Positions 11,735-22,863 are shown, numbered from the whole stretch's first letter. The stretch: DNA of 63,281 nt, filler included, from Candidatus Rokuibacteriota bacterium (GCA_031406795.1; 10 parts of 10 records of this genome joined end to end with filler, not necessarily neighbours in it); one strand, 5' to 3'. Translations and numbers: made by a program. Notes: a model not told the origin generated them from the sequence alone.

Positions 11735-12009
11735 TCCGCGCAACTGCTCACGTGACCGCGGGCTGCCCACAGGATCTCGTCGACCCCGGCCGGAAAACAC
11801 TCTCGCGGTCTCTCTGAACAAGCACGTGTCCTGGCGAGGCCAAGTTGGCACAACCATGTAAAATTGCTTGAATATATATCTCCCAGCCCTATTATGGCTT
11901 GTGCCGTGACCGCATTGTCATGAGGCGCTCGCCGGCACTCTCCTGCGATGGGATCGGCGGAGGCTCGTGAGCGTTTCTTCCTAGCAACCGTCCCTGGAGG
12001 GGCTGAGCG

Positions 12010-12351
12010 ATGAAGATCGTTCGAGACCGGATTGATATTGCAGAGCTGAAAGACATGGCCGAACGGGGATTCGGGACCCTGGTCAAGGCTGTGGTGGATA
12101 TCGAGGCCGGTTTCATGGCAATCGATGCCGAACTTCACTCGGATCAGGAGGCGCTTCTGCTGGAAAACGGATCGGCGCAGCGCGATCTGTGGGGAATCAA
12201 CCTCTACCCGGACATCGCCGGCGAGGACTGGCTGGAGTTCGACTCGATGATCAATCTGCGTCCGGGGTCCGGCAACAGAAGCCGGGGAGTCGATGACCCG
12301 GCCGTGCGAGAGCGGATCCGGGATATCGTGATGCGCCTGGTGCGGCGATGA
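12010..12351 (+). CDS. DUF5674-family protein
   Basis: LVKAVVDIE..DAELHSDQEALLLENGS..DLWGINLYP..EFDSMINLRP..NRSRGV. Confidence 0.75.
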   Translation: MKIVRDRIDIAELKDMAERGFGTLVKAVVDIEAGFMAIDAELHSDQEALLLENGSAQRDLWGINLYPDIAGEDWLEFDSMINLRPGSGNRSRGVDDPAVRERIRDIVMRLVRR

Positions 12352-12527
12352 CGATCATGCACCGAGAACTCGCCGCCGGCCGCTGGTTCGGGCTGCCGCT
12401 GGTCGAGCAGATGGCCAACATCGGCAGCGAGATCGAGCGGACGATCTCCTGGCGCGGCCGCAATGCGAAGAATAGCACTGCGGCATTCGAGCGAGGGCTT
12501 GAACTGCTCGACCTGACGATCGCGGAC
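12348..12527 (+). pseudogene. N-terminal half of the DUF5674-partner hypothetical protein, truncated at the istA junction
   Basis: HRELAAGRWF..EQMANIGSEIERTISW..AFERGLELLDLTIAD, then reads into antisense istA. Confidence 0.7.
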
Positions 12528-13126
12528 CGCGTCACGCCGCTTTTCAAATTGTCATGGCAGACCAACTCGCTCACCCCGTTAAAGAAGGCAAAGGCGCGCT
12601 CATGCGCGTTGATCCAGTCCGGCAGTTGCTGCGTCCGGGTCGCCTCGGCGTAGGCGTAGCTGGACGCCCCCAGGACGGCAACGAACACCGCTGCCTCGTG
12701 CACGGTACCGTCAGCCGGGTCGGTGATCGGCACCGTCTGCCCGCAGTAATCGACGAAGGTCTTTTCCCCGGCCTTGTGCTCTTGGCGCATCCACAGATGC
12801 AACTTGCCGGCCCAGGCCCGGTACAGATCGCAATACCAGCTGTACTGAAATCCTTGCGGGCACTGCTCCTTGTATTCCTCCCAGAGCAGCGCCAAGGTTA
12901 CGTTTTTCTTGCGACGAAGCTCGTGGTGCACATCGGCCCAGATCGGCAAAGGCCGGCCCGCGGTCGCGATGACCGACAGCGGCGGAAACAACAACTGCTC
13001 GATCCGGGTCTCAGTCAGTTCCTCAGGCAGCGGCCACGACAAGCCAGCTTTCCGCGCTCGCCGCAGGTACTCCCCGACGGTGCTGCGGGCAATCCCGCAA
13101 CTCTTGGCGACCTGTCTGTCGCCAAA
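12528..13126 (-). mobile_element. istA: IS21-family transposase IstA, partial (3'-truncated; 5' end in the gap)
   Basis: HTH (SCGIARSTVGEYL), LLWEEY, YSWYCDLY, MRQEHKAGEKTFVDY, FVAVLGASSY, DNLKSGV. Confidence 0.9.
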
Positions 13127-13226
13127 NNNNNNNNNNNNNNNNNNNNNNNNNNNNNNNNNNNNNNNNNNNNTTAATTAATTAANNNNNNNNNNNNNNNNNN
13201 NNNNNNNNNNNNNNNNNNNNNNNNNN
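13127..13226. other. Artificial contig linker; also at 25216-25315, 28760-28859, 35682-35781, 38430-38529, 52586-52685, 54357-54456, 58936-59035, 61031-61130
   Basis: 44 N + TTAATTAATTAA (stops in all six frames) + 44 N, identical nine times. Confidence 0.99.
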
Positions 13227-13377
13227 AGTCGAACCACTACCGTGCGGACAATTTCCCGCTCACGGTTCAACATGCCGATTACCGTACACAAACACCAAGC
13301 GGGTGTCCAGAGACAAATAATGCTGAGCTTTAGTAATTCCTTAGATCAGTGGATGACAGGGCCCTGGGGAACACCCA

Positions 13378-13434
13378 GATCCGCGCGGACGCGCGGATCC
13401 AGCAGCAGGGGAGGCATTTCAACCGCCGAAAAAG
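13378..13434. repeat. Hairpin plus 40-bp dispersed repeat (second copy at 52686-52725)
   Basis: GATCCGCGC-ggac-GCGCGGATC; 13395-13434 matches 52686-52725 at 38/40. Confidence 0.75.
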
Positions 13435-13443
13435 GTCTCGCCA

Positions 13444-13475
13444 AAGGCTGCCCGGAAGCAATCCCGGGCAGCCTT
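13444..13475 (-). terminator. Stem-loop downstream of hppA
   Basis: 12-bp perfect stem AAGGCTGCCCGG/CCGGGCAGCCTT, 18 nt past the stop; weak U-tract. Confidence 0.55.
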
Positions 13476-13493
13476 GAGCGTCGGGAACGGGAC

Positions 13494-15590
13494 TTATTTC
13501 ATCTTGAGCAGCAGCGGAACAATCAGCAGCGCAACGATGTTGATGACCTTGATCATCGGGTTGATGGCCGGACCCGCGGTGTCCTTGTAGGGGTCGCCGA
13601 CCGTATCGCCGGTGACCGAAGCCTTGTGGCCGTCGCTGCCCTTCTTGTGCATGACGCCCTTGTCATCCATGACGCCGTTCTCGAAGGACTTCTTCGCGTT
13701 GTCCCAGGCGCCGCCGCCCGAGGTCATCGCGATGGCCTGGAAGAGCCCGGTCAGGATCGAGCCGATCAGCATGCCGCCGAGGGCGACGGGACCCGCACCG
13801 GGAGAGATGAAGTTGAACCCGAAGCCGACCACGATCGGAGCGGCCACCGGGATGAGCGCCGGGATCATCATCTCCTTGAGCGCGGACTGGGTGACGATGT
13901 CAACGCACTTACCGTACTCCGGCTTGCCGGTGCCTTCCATGATCCCCTTGATCTCGCGGAACTGACGACGAACTTCGACGACAACGCCACCAGCGGCACG
14001 ACCAACGGCGAGCATCAGCCGGCCGCCGTAGTAGTAGGGGATCGCACCGCCGATGAAGAGACCGGCGATGACGAAGGGGTTCGAGAGGTCGAAGGGAACC
14101 GCGTTCGCTCCCGTGCCGAGCTCCCGGGCGTACTCCGCGAACAGAACCAGGGCGGCGAGGGCGGCCGAGCCGATCGCGTAACCCTTCGTGACGGCCTTGG
14201 TGGTGTTGCCGACCGCGTCGAGCGGGTCGGTGATGTCACGAACCGAGGAGGGGAGCTCAGCCATCTCGGCGATGCCGCCGGCGTTGTCGGTGATCGGGCC
14301 GTAGGAGTCGATCGCGACGACGATCCCGGTCATCGAGAGCATCGAGACCGCCGAGAGCGCGATCGCAAAAAGCCCGCCGCCGGGGTTGCCGGACATGCCG
14401 CCGCCGAGGGCGTAGGCGGAGAGGATCGCCGCGACGATCACGGCCGCGGGCAGGGCGGTCGCTTCCATGCTCATCGCCAGTCCGGCGATGACGTTGGTGC
14501 CGTGACCGGTCAGGCTGGCCTGGGCGATGGCCTTCACGGGACGGTACTTGTTGGCGGTGTAGTACTCCGTGATGACGACGATCAGACCGGTCAACACCAG
14601 GCCGACGACCGCGGTCCAGAACACGGAGCCGGGGCTCATGATCTGCTCGGCCGGGCTGAGCTTGCCGAAGAACCAGGTGGTGACGCCGTAGAAAGCGCCG
14701 GCGGCGAGGATACCGGCAACCGCGAGGCCCTTGTAGAGGGCGCCCATGATGTCCTGGCTCTTGCCCATCCGGACGAAGTAGGTGCCGATGATCGAGGCGA
14801 TGATCGAGACGCCGCCGAGCAGCAGCGGGAACTCGACCCAGGGGCTGGCGGGGCCGAAGATCGACTTGGCGAGCAGCATCGCCGCGACGAGCGTCACGGT
14901 GTAGGTCTCGTAGAGGTCGGCGGCCATGCCGGCGCAGTCGCCGACGTTGTCGCCCACGTTGTCCGCGATGACGGCGGGGTTGCGGGGATCGTCCTCGGGG
15001 ATGCCGGCCTCGACCTTGCCGACCAGGTCGGCGCCGACGTCGGCGGCCTTGGTGTAGATGCCGCCGGCGATGCGCGCGAACACGCTCATCAGCGAGCAGC
15101 CGAAGCCCAGCCCGACCAGCGCGTGGAACGCCTGCTCGGGGGCGGCGCCCTTGACGATCGCGTAGAACCCGGCGATGCCGAGGATGCCGAGGCCGACCAC
15201 GACGACGCCCGTCACGGACCCGCCCTTGAAGGCCAGGCTCAGCGCGGCCTGCAGGCCCCGCGTTGCGGCCTGGGTGGTGCGCACGTTGGCGCGCACCGAC
15301 ACCATCATGCCGATGTAGCCGGCCAGCGCTGAGCCGATAAGACCGACCGCAAAGCCGATCGCCGACCAGGTCCCGATGAAGAACAGCAGACCGAAGATCA
15401 CGATACCGACAATACCGACCGCCTTGTATTCACGGGCGAGGAAGGCCTCGGCACCCTCCTGGACCGCCGCGGAAATCGCCTGCATCCGCGAACTCCCGGC
15501 GTCCTGCTTGATCACCCAGCTGGCGGTGACCAGCGCGTACACCACCCCGAGCACTCCGCACCCCAGTGCGAACATCACGATGTCACTCAT
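13494..15590 (-). CDS. hppA: Membrane-integral ion-pumping pyrophosphatase, K+-independent type
   Basis: [38 protein letters not shown] (Lys at the K+-dependence signature), [10 protein letters not shown]. Confidence 0.95.
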   Translation of the reverse strand: MSDIVMFALGCGVLGVVYALVTASWVIKQDAGSSRMQAISAAVQEGAEAFLAREYKAVGIVGIVIFGLLFFIGTWSAIGFAVGLIGSALAGYIGMMVSVRANVRTTQAATRGLQAALSLAFKGGSVTGVVVVGLGILGIAGFYAIVKGAAPEQAFHALVGLGFGCSLMSVFARIAGGIYTKAADVGADLVGKVEAGIPEDDPRNPAVIADNVGDNVGDCAGMAADLYETYTVTLVAAMLLAKSIFGPASPWVEFPLLLGGVSIIASIIGTYFVRMGKSQDIMGALYKGLAVAGILAAGAFYGVTTWFFGKLSPAEQIMSPGSVFWTAVVGLVLTGLIVVITEYYTANKYRPVKAIAQASLTGHGTNVIAGLAMSMEATALPAAVIVAAILSAYALGGGMSGNPGGGLFAIALSAVSMLSMTGIVVAIDSYGPITDNAGGIAEMAELPSSVRDITDPLDAVGNTTKAVTKGYAIGSAALAALVLFAEYARELGTGANAVPFDLSNPFVIAGLFIGGAIPYYYGGRLMLAVGRAAGGVVVEVRRQFREIKGIMEGTGKPEYGKCVDIVTQSALKEMMIPALIPVAAPIVVGFGFNFISPGAGPVALGGMLIGSILTGLFQAIAMTSGGGAWDNAKKSFENGVMDDKGVMHKKGSDGHKASVTGDTVGDPYKDTAGPAINPMIKVINIVALLIVPLLLKMK

Positions 15591-15730
15591 GCCACTCTTC
15601 CTCCCCGGTCCCTTGTCTTGAGCCGGCCTCCGCTGGCCAGGCCCGCGCCCCATAACAGGCCTGCAAAGAGCGCAGGCACTCCCAGGCCGTCAGGACTCCA
15701 TCAGGCCCTTTTCGAACTCCAGGGGTTTAA

Positions 15731-15747
15731 AGCACTTTTCATGCCAA
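15731..15747 (-). promoter_or_regulatory. Putative sigma54 (-24/-12) promoter for hppA
   Basis: Minus strand reads TTGGCATGAAAAGTGCT = GG-N10-GC, about 140 nt upstream of the hppA start. Confidence 0.55.
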
Positions 15748-15884
15748 ACACGGAATACCCTTCACCGGGCGCTCGACCGAGTTTTTCACGATGATTGAAC
15801 CGAGGTGTGCGTGTACTCACAAGTACGAGGCGGAAAACCTGACGATCTGTCATGAATAAATGACAGACTGGCAGAACGGCGGCG

Positions 15885-16271
15885 TCAACGCCGCCTTTTC
15901 GACTCCCCTTTTTCCTTGGCGCCGCCGGACGGCGCCTTCTTCTCCGCGGCGCCTGCCTTCTTCTCCGCGGTGGCGGACTCCTTCTTCTCCCCGGCTGCCG
16001 GCTTTTTCTCGGAGGAGACGGCTTCCTGCTTCCCCCCGGCGGTCTCCGCCGCAGGGTGCGGCTTCTCGCCAGCCATTCCCTTCTTGCGCGCGTCGCTCGG
16101 ATAGTCCGTCACGTACCACCCGGAACCTTTGAGAATGAAGGCCGTCTTGGAGATTACGCGCCGCATGCGCTTGCGACAGGTGCTGCATGTCGGACGCGCG
16201 ACTTCGCCGTGCTTGAGAATGAGTTCCCTCTGTGAACCGCAGGTATCGCACTGATACTCGTAAATCGGCAT
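15885..16271 (-). CDS. FmdB-family zinc-ribbon protein with low-complexity tail
   Basis: MPIYEYQCDTC..CSTC..FILKGSGWYVTDY. Confidence 0.9.
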   Translation of the reverse strand: MPIYEYQCDTCGSQRELILKHGEVARPTCSTCRKRMRRVISKTAFILKGSGWYVTDYPSDARKKGMAGEKPHPAAETAGGKQEAVSSEKKPAAGEKKESATAEKKAGAAEKKAPSGGAKEKGESKRRR

Positions 16272-16417
16272 GGCTGCTCCTTTAGTCTGACGAACGGAGC
16301 GTGAATATAGGCGGCTACACCGATAAATGCAAGTCCGGCGGCGCTGCGCGCCAGCCGGATATTGACTTCGGCGCGATCGGCTGTATGATGTCGCCCAGAG
16401 ACAAGAAGCCGAACCGG

Positions 16418-16493
16418 GCGGGCATAGCTCAGTTGGTAGAGTACAAGCTTCCCAAGCTTGGTGTCGCGGGTTCGAATCCCGCTGCCCGCTCCA
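16418..16493 (+). tRNA. tRNA-Gly (anticodon CCC)
   Basis: 76-nt cloverleaf with GCGGGCA acceptor stem, CAAGC-TTCCCAA-GCTTG anticodon arm, GGTTCGAATCCC T-arm and encoded CCA. Confidence 0.97.
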
Positions 16494-16522
16494 CCGTTTC
16501 GTTGCTGATCGGGGGTGCTCCC

Positions 16523-17404
16523 TTGAAGTACCGCAAAGGATCGCCGGCCCGCCCGCAGATTCCGGCAGCACCGCGGGTTGACGCGGGGGCCACGATCGAC
16601 CTGCATTTGCACTCCGTCCACTCCGATGGAGCACTCTCGCCCGCCGATCTGGTGCTGCGCGCCCACGCGGCCGGGGTCACGATCGTCTCGCTGACCGATC
16701 ACGACAGCGTCCGCGGCGTACCTGAAGCCCGGGAAGCCTGTCGGCGCGAGGGAATGACCTTCATCCCCGGCATGGAACTCGGCGTCGGCATCGGTTCCGA
16801 CGAGGTGCACATCCTCGGCTACGGCATCGACACCAAGGGCCGTCCGCTGCAGAACGCGCTCGACCAGCTGGCCGGGGAGCGCATCGACCGGATGGAGAAG
16901 ATGCTGGCCGCCCTGGGGAAGCTCGGCGTCGGGATCACGCTCGAGGACGTGCAGGCGCAGACGGGCGGCCACATCGTCGGGCGGCTGCACCTGGCCGCGG
17001 CGCTGGTGCGTCTCGGTCACGTCGGCAGCCACGGCGAGGCCTTTCAGCGGTGGATCGGGGCCGGCCGGCCGGCCTACGTGCAGCGGCAGCTGCTCACGCT
17101 GCGCGAGGCCATCGATCTCATCCGTGAGGCGGGCGGAGTCGCCGTCGTCGCCCACCCCGGGCTGACCCGGCGCGATGAACTCATCGAATATCTCGTGCGC
17201 CTCGGTGTCCGCGGGCTGGAGGTCTACCACCCCAAGCACGACTTCGTCGATGTCTCGCGCTATCTCAAGATGTGCGCAAAATACGACCTGTTCGCCACCG
17301 GCGGCTCGGATTTTCACGGCGTCGGCGCGCTGGACAAGCCGCCGGGTTCGGCGTCGACACCCGCGGATCAATACGCCAGACTCCTGAAATACATCACGTT
17401 GTAG
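16523..17404 (+). CDS. PHP-domain metal-dependent phosphoesterase (TrpH/YciV-like); start uncertain
   Basis: DLHLHSVHSDG, LTDHD, VHILGY, GRLHLA, AHPG, TGGSDFHG. Confidence 0.9.
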   Translation: MKYRKGSPARPQIPAAPRVDAGATIDLHLHSVHSDGALSPADLVLRAHAAGVTIVSLTDHDSVRGVPEAREACRREGMTFIPGMELGVGIGSDEVHILGYGIDTKGRPLQNALDQLAGERIDRMEKMLAALGKLGVGITLEDVQAQTGGHIVGRLHLAAALVRLGHVGSHGEAFQRWIGAGRPAYVQRQLLTLREAIDLIREAGGVAVVAHPGLTRRDELIEYLVRLGVRGLEVYHPKHDFVDVSRYLKMCAKYDLFATGGSDFHGVGALDKPPGSASTPADQYARLLKYITL

Positions 17405-17406
17405 CC

Positions 17407-17472
17407 GGGCGGGGATCAACCTCGCCCCTACGGCGAAACCGTCTGAGCGCAGAAAGGGGTTCATCCCCTCCC
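17407..17472. repeat. Pair of REP-like palindromes between convergent genes
   Basis: GGGCGGGG-atcaa-CCTCGCCC-CTAC and AGGGG-ttcat-CCCCT. Confidence 0.7.
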
Positions 17473-17478
17473 GACCGA

Positions 17479-18609
17479 CTACCCGTACAAGTACCGCCTC
17501 ATCTTCACGTTCATGATCAGGCCGATCCCCGCGAACGTCGTCAGCACCGAGGAACCGCCGTAACTCAGCAGCGGCAGGGGGATGCCGACAACCGGCAGTA
17601 TCCCCGTGGTCATCCCGATGTTGATCGCGCAGTGCAGGAAGAAAATGGTCGCCACCCCCATCGCCAACAGGCTGCCGGTGAAATCACGGGCCTTCCGCGC
17701 CGTCTGGACCGCCCACAGGATGAGCAGTACCATCAGGGCGATCACCGCCACCGATCCCAGAAACCCCCACTCCTCCGAGACGACCGAGTAGATGAAGTCG
17801 GTGTGCTGCTGCGGCAGGAAATTCAGGCCGCTCTGCGTCCCCTCCATGAAGCCTTTGCCGGTGAGCCCTCCCGACCCGATCGCGATCTTCGACTGGCTGA
17901 TGTGATACCCGGCGCCGAGCGGATCCAGATCCGGGTCGAAGAGCACCCTGATGCGCTTGATCTGGTAGTCGTGCAGCAGGCCCAGCGGGTTGAAGACGCC
18001 GAGCACGTTGAGCCCGAACAGCGCTCCCGCGACCGAGAGGCCGCCGCCGGCGCTCCAGGCGAACAGGCGGACATCCACGCCCGCGACGAAGAGCATGACG
18101 ACGAAGATGCCGGCGATGATCATCGCGGTGCCGAGATCCGGCTGTTTCATCACCAGCAGGAACGGGACCGCCGTCGCGACGACGATCGGCCAGATGTCGG
18201 ACCACGCGAAGGGCGACGGCTTGCGCAGCCCGCTGAAGTAGCGGGCGATGACCAGCACCAGCGCGAGCTTGAAGAATTCCGACGGCTGGATGCTCACCAC
18301 GCCGAGCGAAAGCCAGCGCTGCGCGCCCATGCCGACCATGCCCACCACGTCGACGGCCACCAGCGCCGCGAGCCCGAAACCGTACGCGATCCACGCGAAG
18401 TGCAGAATCACGTGGTAGTCGACGAGCGTCGCCAGCAGCAGCGCCGCGAGCCCCACGCCGAGCCGCCGCAGGTGATCGTAGAAAAGCGGCGACACGCCTT
18501 CGGCCGCATGGGTGGCGCTGTAGACCCCGACCGCGCCGACCGCGGCGAGCGCCAGCGTCAAGCCGAGCATGACCCAGTCGAAGTCGCGCAAGAGCCGCCG
18601 GTCGATCAC
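17479..18609 (-). CDS. rodA: Rod shape-determining protein RodA
   Basis: GAQRW, IQPSEFFK, QPDLGT, SKIAIGSGG, FLPQQHTDFI, LPLLSYGGS. Confidence 0.96.
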   Translation of the reverse strand: MIDRRLLRDFDWVMLGLTLALAAVGAVGVYSATHAAEGVSPLFYDHLRRLGVGLAALLLATLVDYHVILHFAWIAYGFGLAALVAVDVVGMVGMGAQRWLSLGVVSIQPSEFFKLALVLVIARYFSGLRKPSPFAWSDIWPIVVATAVPFLLVMKQPDLGTAMIIAGIFVVMLFVAGVDVRLFAWSAGGGLSVAGALFGLNVLGVFNPLGLLHDYQIKRIRVLFDPDLDPLGAGYHISQSKIAIGSGGLTGKGFMEGTQSGLNFLPQQHTDFIYSVVSEEWGFLGSVAVIALMVLLILWAVQTARKARDFTGSLLAMGVATIFFLHCAINIGMTTGILPVVGIPLPLLSYGGSSVLTTFAGIGLIMNVKMRRYLYG

Positions 18610-20492
18610 GGGGAGTCCTCCGCGTCCGTCGCCGCGGGGAACGCGTTCGCGCGGGCGATCGACTCCTGGAAGTAGCCCAGGCTTTTGAGTTCGGTCAGAA
18701 GTCTGCGTGCAATCGGTGCGCTGACCGCGCCGCCATGGCCGCCGTGTTCGATGATGACGGCGATCGCAACCTGGGTCGTGCCATTCCCGGCGTAACAGAC
18801 GAACCAGGCGTGGTCCTTGGACTTGAGCCCGCCCGCCGCCTGACGCTCGCCCTTCGCGGCCATCCGCACCACCTGCGCCGTGCCGGTCTTTCCGGAGATC
18901 GCCAACCCGGGAACGCGCGCACCCGCCCCCGTGCCGCCCGGTTCGTTCACCACCCCCCAGAGTCCGCCTCGAATCGCGTCGAGCGTTCCCGGTTTCAGTC
19001 GCACCGTGCGCTCGACGATCACCGCTCCGGTCCTGACGGTCGACCCCGCGCCGTCGGCCACCCTGCGGATGAGGTGCGGGCGGTAGACGCTCCCGCCGTT
19101 CGCAACCGTGGCCGCCAGCATCGCCGCCTGGACCGGGGTCACCAGGTCGTAGCCCTGGCCGATCGCCGCGGAGAGCGTTTCGCCCGAGTACCAGGGCTCC
19201 TTGCGCACCCGGCGCTTCCAGGCCGAGTCGGGAATGAGCCCCGGAGATTCGCTCCCCAACTCCAGCCCCGTGGCCTTGCCGAGACCGAACTCCCGGGCCA
19301 CCCGGGCAATCTCATCGATCCCGGCCTTGAGGCCCACCTGGTAGAAATAGACGTCGCAGGATTCCACAAGCGCGCGGTGCAGCGAGACCTCGCCGTGCCC
19401 TTCCTTCTTCCAGCAGCGGAAATCGCGGTTCCCGTAGCGCATGGCGCCGCGGCACGAGAAGCTGGTGGCGGTCGTGATCGCCCCCGACTCGAGCGCGGCG
19501 GCCGCGGTCAATATCTTGAAGACCGATCCGGGCGGGTACTGGGCCTGGGCGATGCGATTCTGCAGCGGGTGACGCTCGTCGTGGCTGAGCCGGTCCCACT
19601 CCTCCTGGCTCAAGCCGTGGCTGAAGCTGTTCGGGTCGATCGCGGGGCTGCTCACGGCGGCGAGCACGCTGCCGTCGCGCGGGTCGATGGCCACCACGGC
19701 GCCCGCGATCCCCGCGAGCAGCTCCTCGGCAACCTGCTGCAGGGCCAGGTCGATGGTCAGCGTCACCGAGTGGCCGGGGATCGGCGGGATGCTCGAGAGC
19801 ACCTTGATCCCGCGGCCCAGCGAGTCGACTTCCATCTGCTGGAAGCCGTCGCGTCCCTTGAGTTCCGCGTCCAACTCCTTCTCGATGCCCATCTTGCCGA
19901 TGTAGTCCCCCATGCGGTAGCCGAGGTCGGCGCGGGCCTTGAGTTCCGCGGCGCTGATCTGCCCCACGTATCCGACCACGTGCGACGCCAGCGTCCCGTG
20001 CGGGTAACTGCGCCGGGGCTCGACCTCGACGAGTACTCCCGGATGCTCGTACCGCAGCGCCTCGAGCGCGGCCACCTCCTGGCGTCCGACGTCGTCCTTG
20101 ACGCGCACCGGCTCGAAGCGTCGGAAGGGCTCGACGGCGCGCACCTTGCCGGCAAGTTCGGCGTGATCGAGACCGAGGGCCGCAGCCACGGCGGCGACCG
20201 TGGCATCGAGATCGCGCACGGCATCAAGGTCGAGACTCACGGAAAAGCTCGGCCGGTTGGTGACGAGGACGTTGCCGTGCCGGTCGAAGACAATGCCGCG
20301 CGGGGCGCGGACTCTGATCAGGGAAATGCGGTTTTCCTCGGCGAGGCGGCTGAAATGCCGGCCGCGGACGATCTGCAGGTAGTACAGACGCAGCACCAGC
20401 AGCCCGAAGACGAGGCTCACCAGCACCGTGAACAACGGCAGGCGCTGGGCGAAAATGCGCTGCTGGAGCTGACCCTGGTCCTCGTGCGTCAC
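18606..20492 (-). CDS. mrdA: Penicillin-binding protein 2
   Basis: YPPGSVFK (SxxK), SCD, KTGTAQ; position in the mre operon. Confidence 0.95.
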   Translation of the reverse strand: MTHEDQGQLQQRIFAQRLPLFTVLVSLVFGLLVLRLYYLQIVRGRHFSRLAEENRISLIRVRAPRGIVFDRHGNVLVTNRPSFSVSLDLDAVRDLDATVAAVAAALGLDHAELAGKVRAVEPFRRFEPVRVKDDVGRQEVAALEALRYEHPGVLVEVEPRRSYPHGTLASHVVGYVGQISAAELKARADLGYRMGDYIGKMGIEKELDAELKGRDGFQQMEVDSLGRGIKVLSSIPPIPGHSVTLTIDLALQQVAEELLAGIAGAVVAIDPRDGSVLAAVSSPAIDPNSFSHGLSQEEWDRLSHDERHPLQNRIAQAQYPPGSVFKILTAAAALESGAITTATSFSCRGAMRYGNRDFRCWKKEGHGEVSLHRALVESCDVYFYQVGLKAGIDEIARVAREFGLGKATGLELGSESPGLIPDSAWKRRVRKEPWYSGETLSAAIGQGYDLVTPVQAAMLAATVANGGSVYRPHLIRRVADGAGSTVRTGAVIVERTVRLKPGTLDAIRGGLWGVVNEPGGTGAGARVPGLAISGKTGTAQVVRMAAKGERQAAGGLKSKDHAWFVCYAGNGTTQVAIAVIIEHGGHGGAVSAPIARRLLTELKSLGYFQESIARANAFPAATDAEDSP

Positions 20493-20500
20493 CCACCCCC

Positions 20501-21007
20501 CTAGGCGCCGGCTGGCGCGAACCGACGGGCGCGCCAGCGCAGGAAAGCACGGCGCGCGAAGACGGCGGCGGGCAGCAGCGCGCCGTTGAGCGCCGCCGCG
20601 GGGGCGATCGTGCCGAGAAAGGGTGCGAGGACGCCCCGGCCCGCGGAAAACACCTCGAGCAGCGCCAGCTGAACCGCGCCCTGAATCAGCGTTGCGAGCG
20701 CCGCGACGATCGCCTGGGTGTTGGGGTTGTCGCAGTCGAGTTGATCGCTGAGCGAGCCGGCGGCGAATCCGAGGAGCCCCTTGGTCAGCAGATTGACCCC
20801 CGGCAGCCCCGCGGAGAATGTGTCTTCGACGAAGCCGAGCGCGATGCCCCAGAGCGCCCCGGCGGTTTCACCGCGGCGCATGCCGCTCGCCAGTACGAAG
20901 AGCAGCACCAGGTCGGGGCGCAGACCGAAGTGGCCGCCCGCCCCGCCGCTCGTCTGAAGCGTCAGCAGTGCGAGCGCGAGCGCCGCAGCGGCCAGGTGGC
21001 TCCTCAT
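20501..21007 (-). CDS. mreD: Rod shape-determining protein MreD
   Basis: Hydrophobic, RPDLVL motif, between mreC and mrdA. Confidence 0.85.
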   Translation of the reverse strand: MRSHLAAAALALALLTLQTSGGAGGHFGLRPDLVLLFVLASGMRRGETAGALWGIALGFVEDTFSAGLPGVNLLTKGLLGFAAGSLSDQLDCDNPNTQAIVAALATLIQGAVQLALLEVFSAGRGVLAPFLGTIAPAAALNGALLPAAVFARRAFLRWRARRFAPAGA

Positions 21008-21831
21008 CCCCCTCCCTCCGGCGAACCGGTCACCACGAGGACTTCCTCGAGGCGCTCCAGGCGCGCCGACGGACGGACATCGACGCTCTGGAAAAGATCG
21101 CCCCCGCGGTTGACCCCGCTGACCTGGCCGATCCAGACCCCTTTCGGGAATTTCCCGCCCATCCCCGAGGTGACGACGTAGTCGCCGACTTCGACTTCGG
21201 CGGACCGGTCGAGGTACTTGAGCTCGCAGCCGGACCCGCCGCGTCCCTGGACGACCCCCTGGTCGCGGGTCCGCTGCACGATCGCGTCGATCCCGGAGGA
21301 ACGGTCGGTGACCAGCAGCACGAGCGCGGAGCGGGGAAAGACCTTGATCACCCGCCCGACCACCCCGTCGGGGGCGAGCACCGCCTGCTGCGGCTCGACA
21401 CCGGCGGAGGAACCCCGGTCGATGAGCACCGTCCGGTACAGCCCGCTCGCATCATGCCCGATGACTCCCGCAGGGATCATCCGGTAGGCGGCGCCGGCGC
21501 GGTATTCGAGCAACCGCTCCAGACGCGACGCCGCGGCGACGCGCTCGCGGCTCTCCTGAACCTCCCGCCGCAGCCCCTCCAGCTCGCGGCGCAGTTCGTC
21601 GTTCTCGCGCCGCAGCCCCGCGCCGCCGAAAAGACCCCAGAAACCGTCGAACCACGAGACGGCCGCCGTCGCCCCCCCCTGCAGCGGGGCGAAGACGACG
21701 GCGGCCGCCGCCTCGAGCGGGCCGCTGCCCGAGGACCGGCGGACGGTCGACGTCACCGACGCGAAGGCGGCAAGCGGCACCAGCAGCACGGTCAACACCC
21801 GGCGCCGGCGCGCGAGAAACCGCCAGAGCAT
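21004..21831 (-). CDS. mreC: Rod shape-determining protein MreC
   Basis: TM + coiled coil (LRRENDELRREL), IDRGSSAG, GVVGRV, VVTSGMGGKFPKG. Confidence 0.93.
   Translation of the reverse strand: MLWRFLARRRRVLTVLLVPLAAFASVTSTVRRSSGSGPLEAAAAVVFAPLQGGATAAVSWFDGFWGLFGGAGLRRENDELRRELEGLRREVQESRERVAAASRLERLLEYRAGAAYRMIPAGVIGHDASGLYRTVLIDRGSSAGVEPQQAVLAPDGVVGRVIKVFPRSALVLLVTDRSSGIDAIVQRTRDQGVVQGRGGSGCELKYLDRSAEVEVGDYVVTSGMGGKFPKGVWIGQVSGVNRGGDLFQSVDVRPSARLERLEEVLVVTGSPEGGG

Positions 21832-22863
<1,032 letters not shown>

Noticed and set aside
13127..13226. Recurrent TTAATTAATTAA motif flanked by Ns
   Set aside because: Artificial six-frame-stop linker, not biological. ORFs ending in XXX-LIN or XXX-N are artefacts of it.
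16418..16493. tRNA-Gly as an integration site
   Set aside because: Flanked by housekeeping genes; no integrase or duplicated tRNA 3' end in the window.
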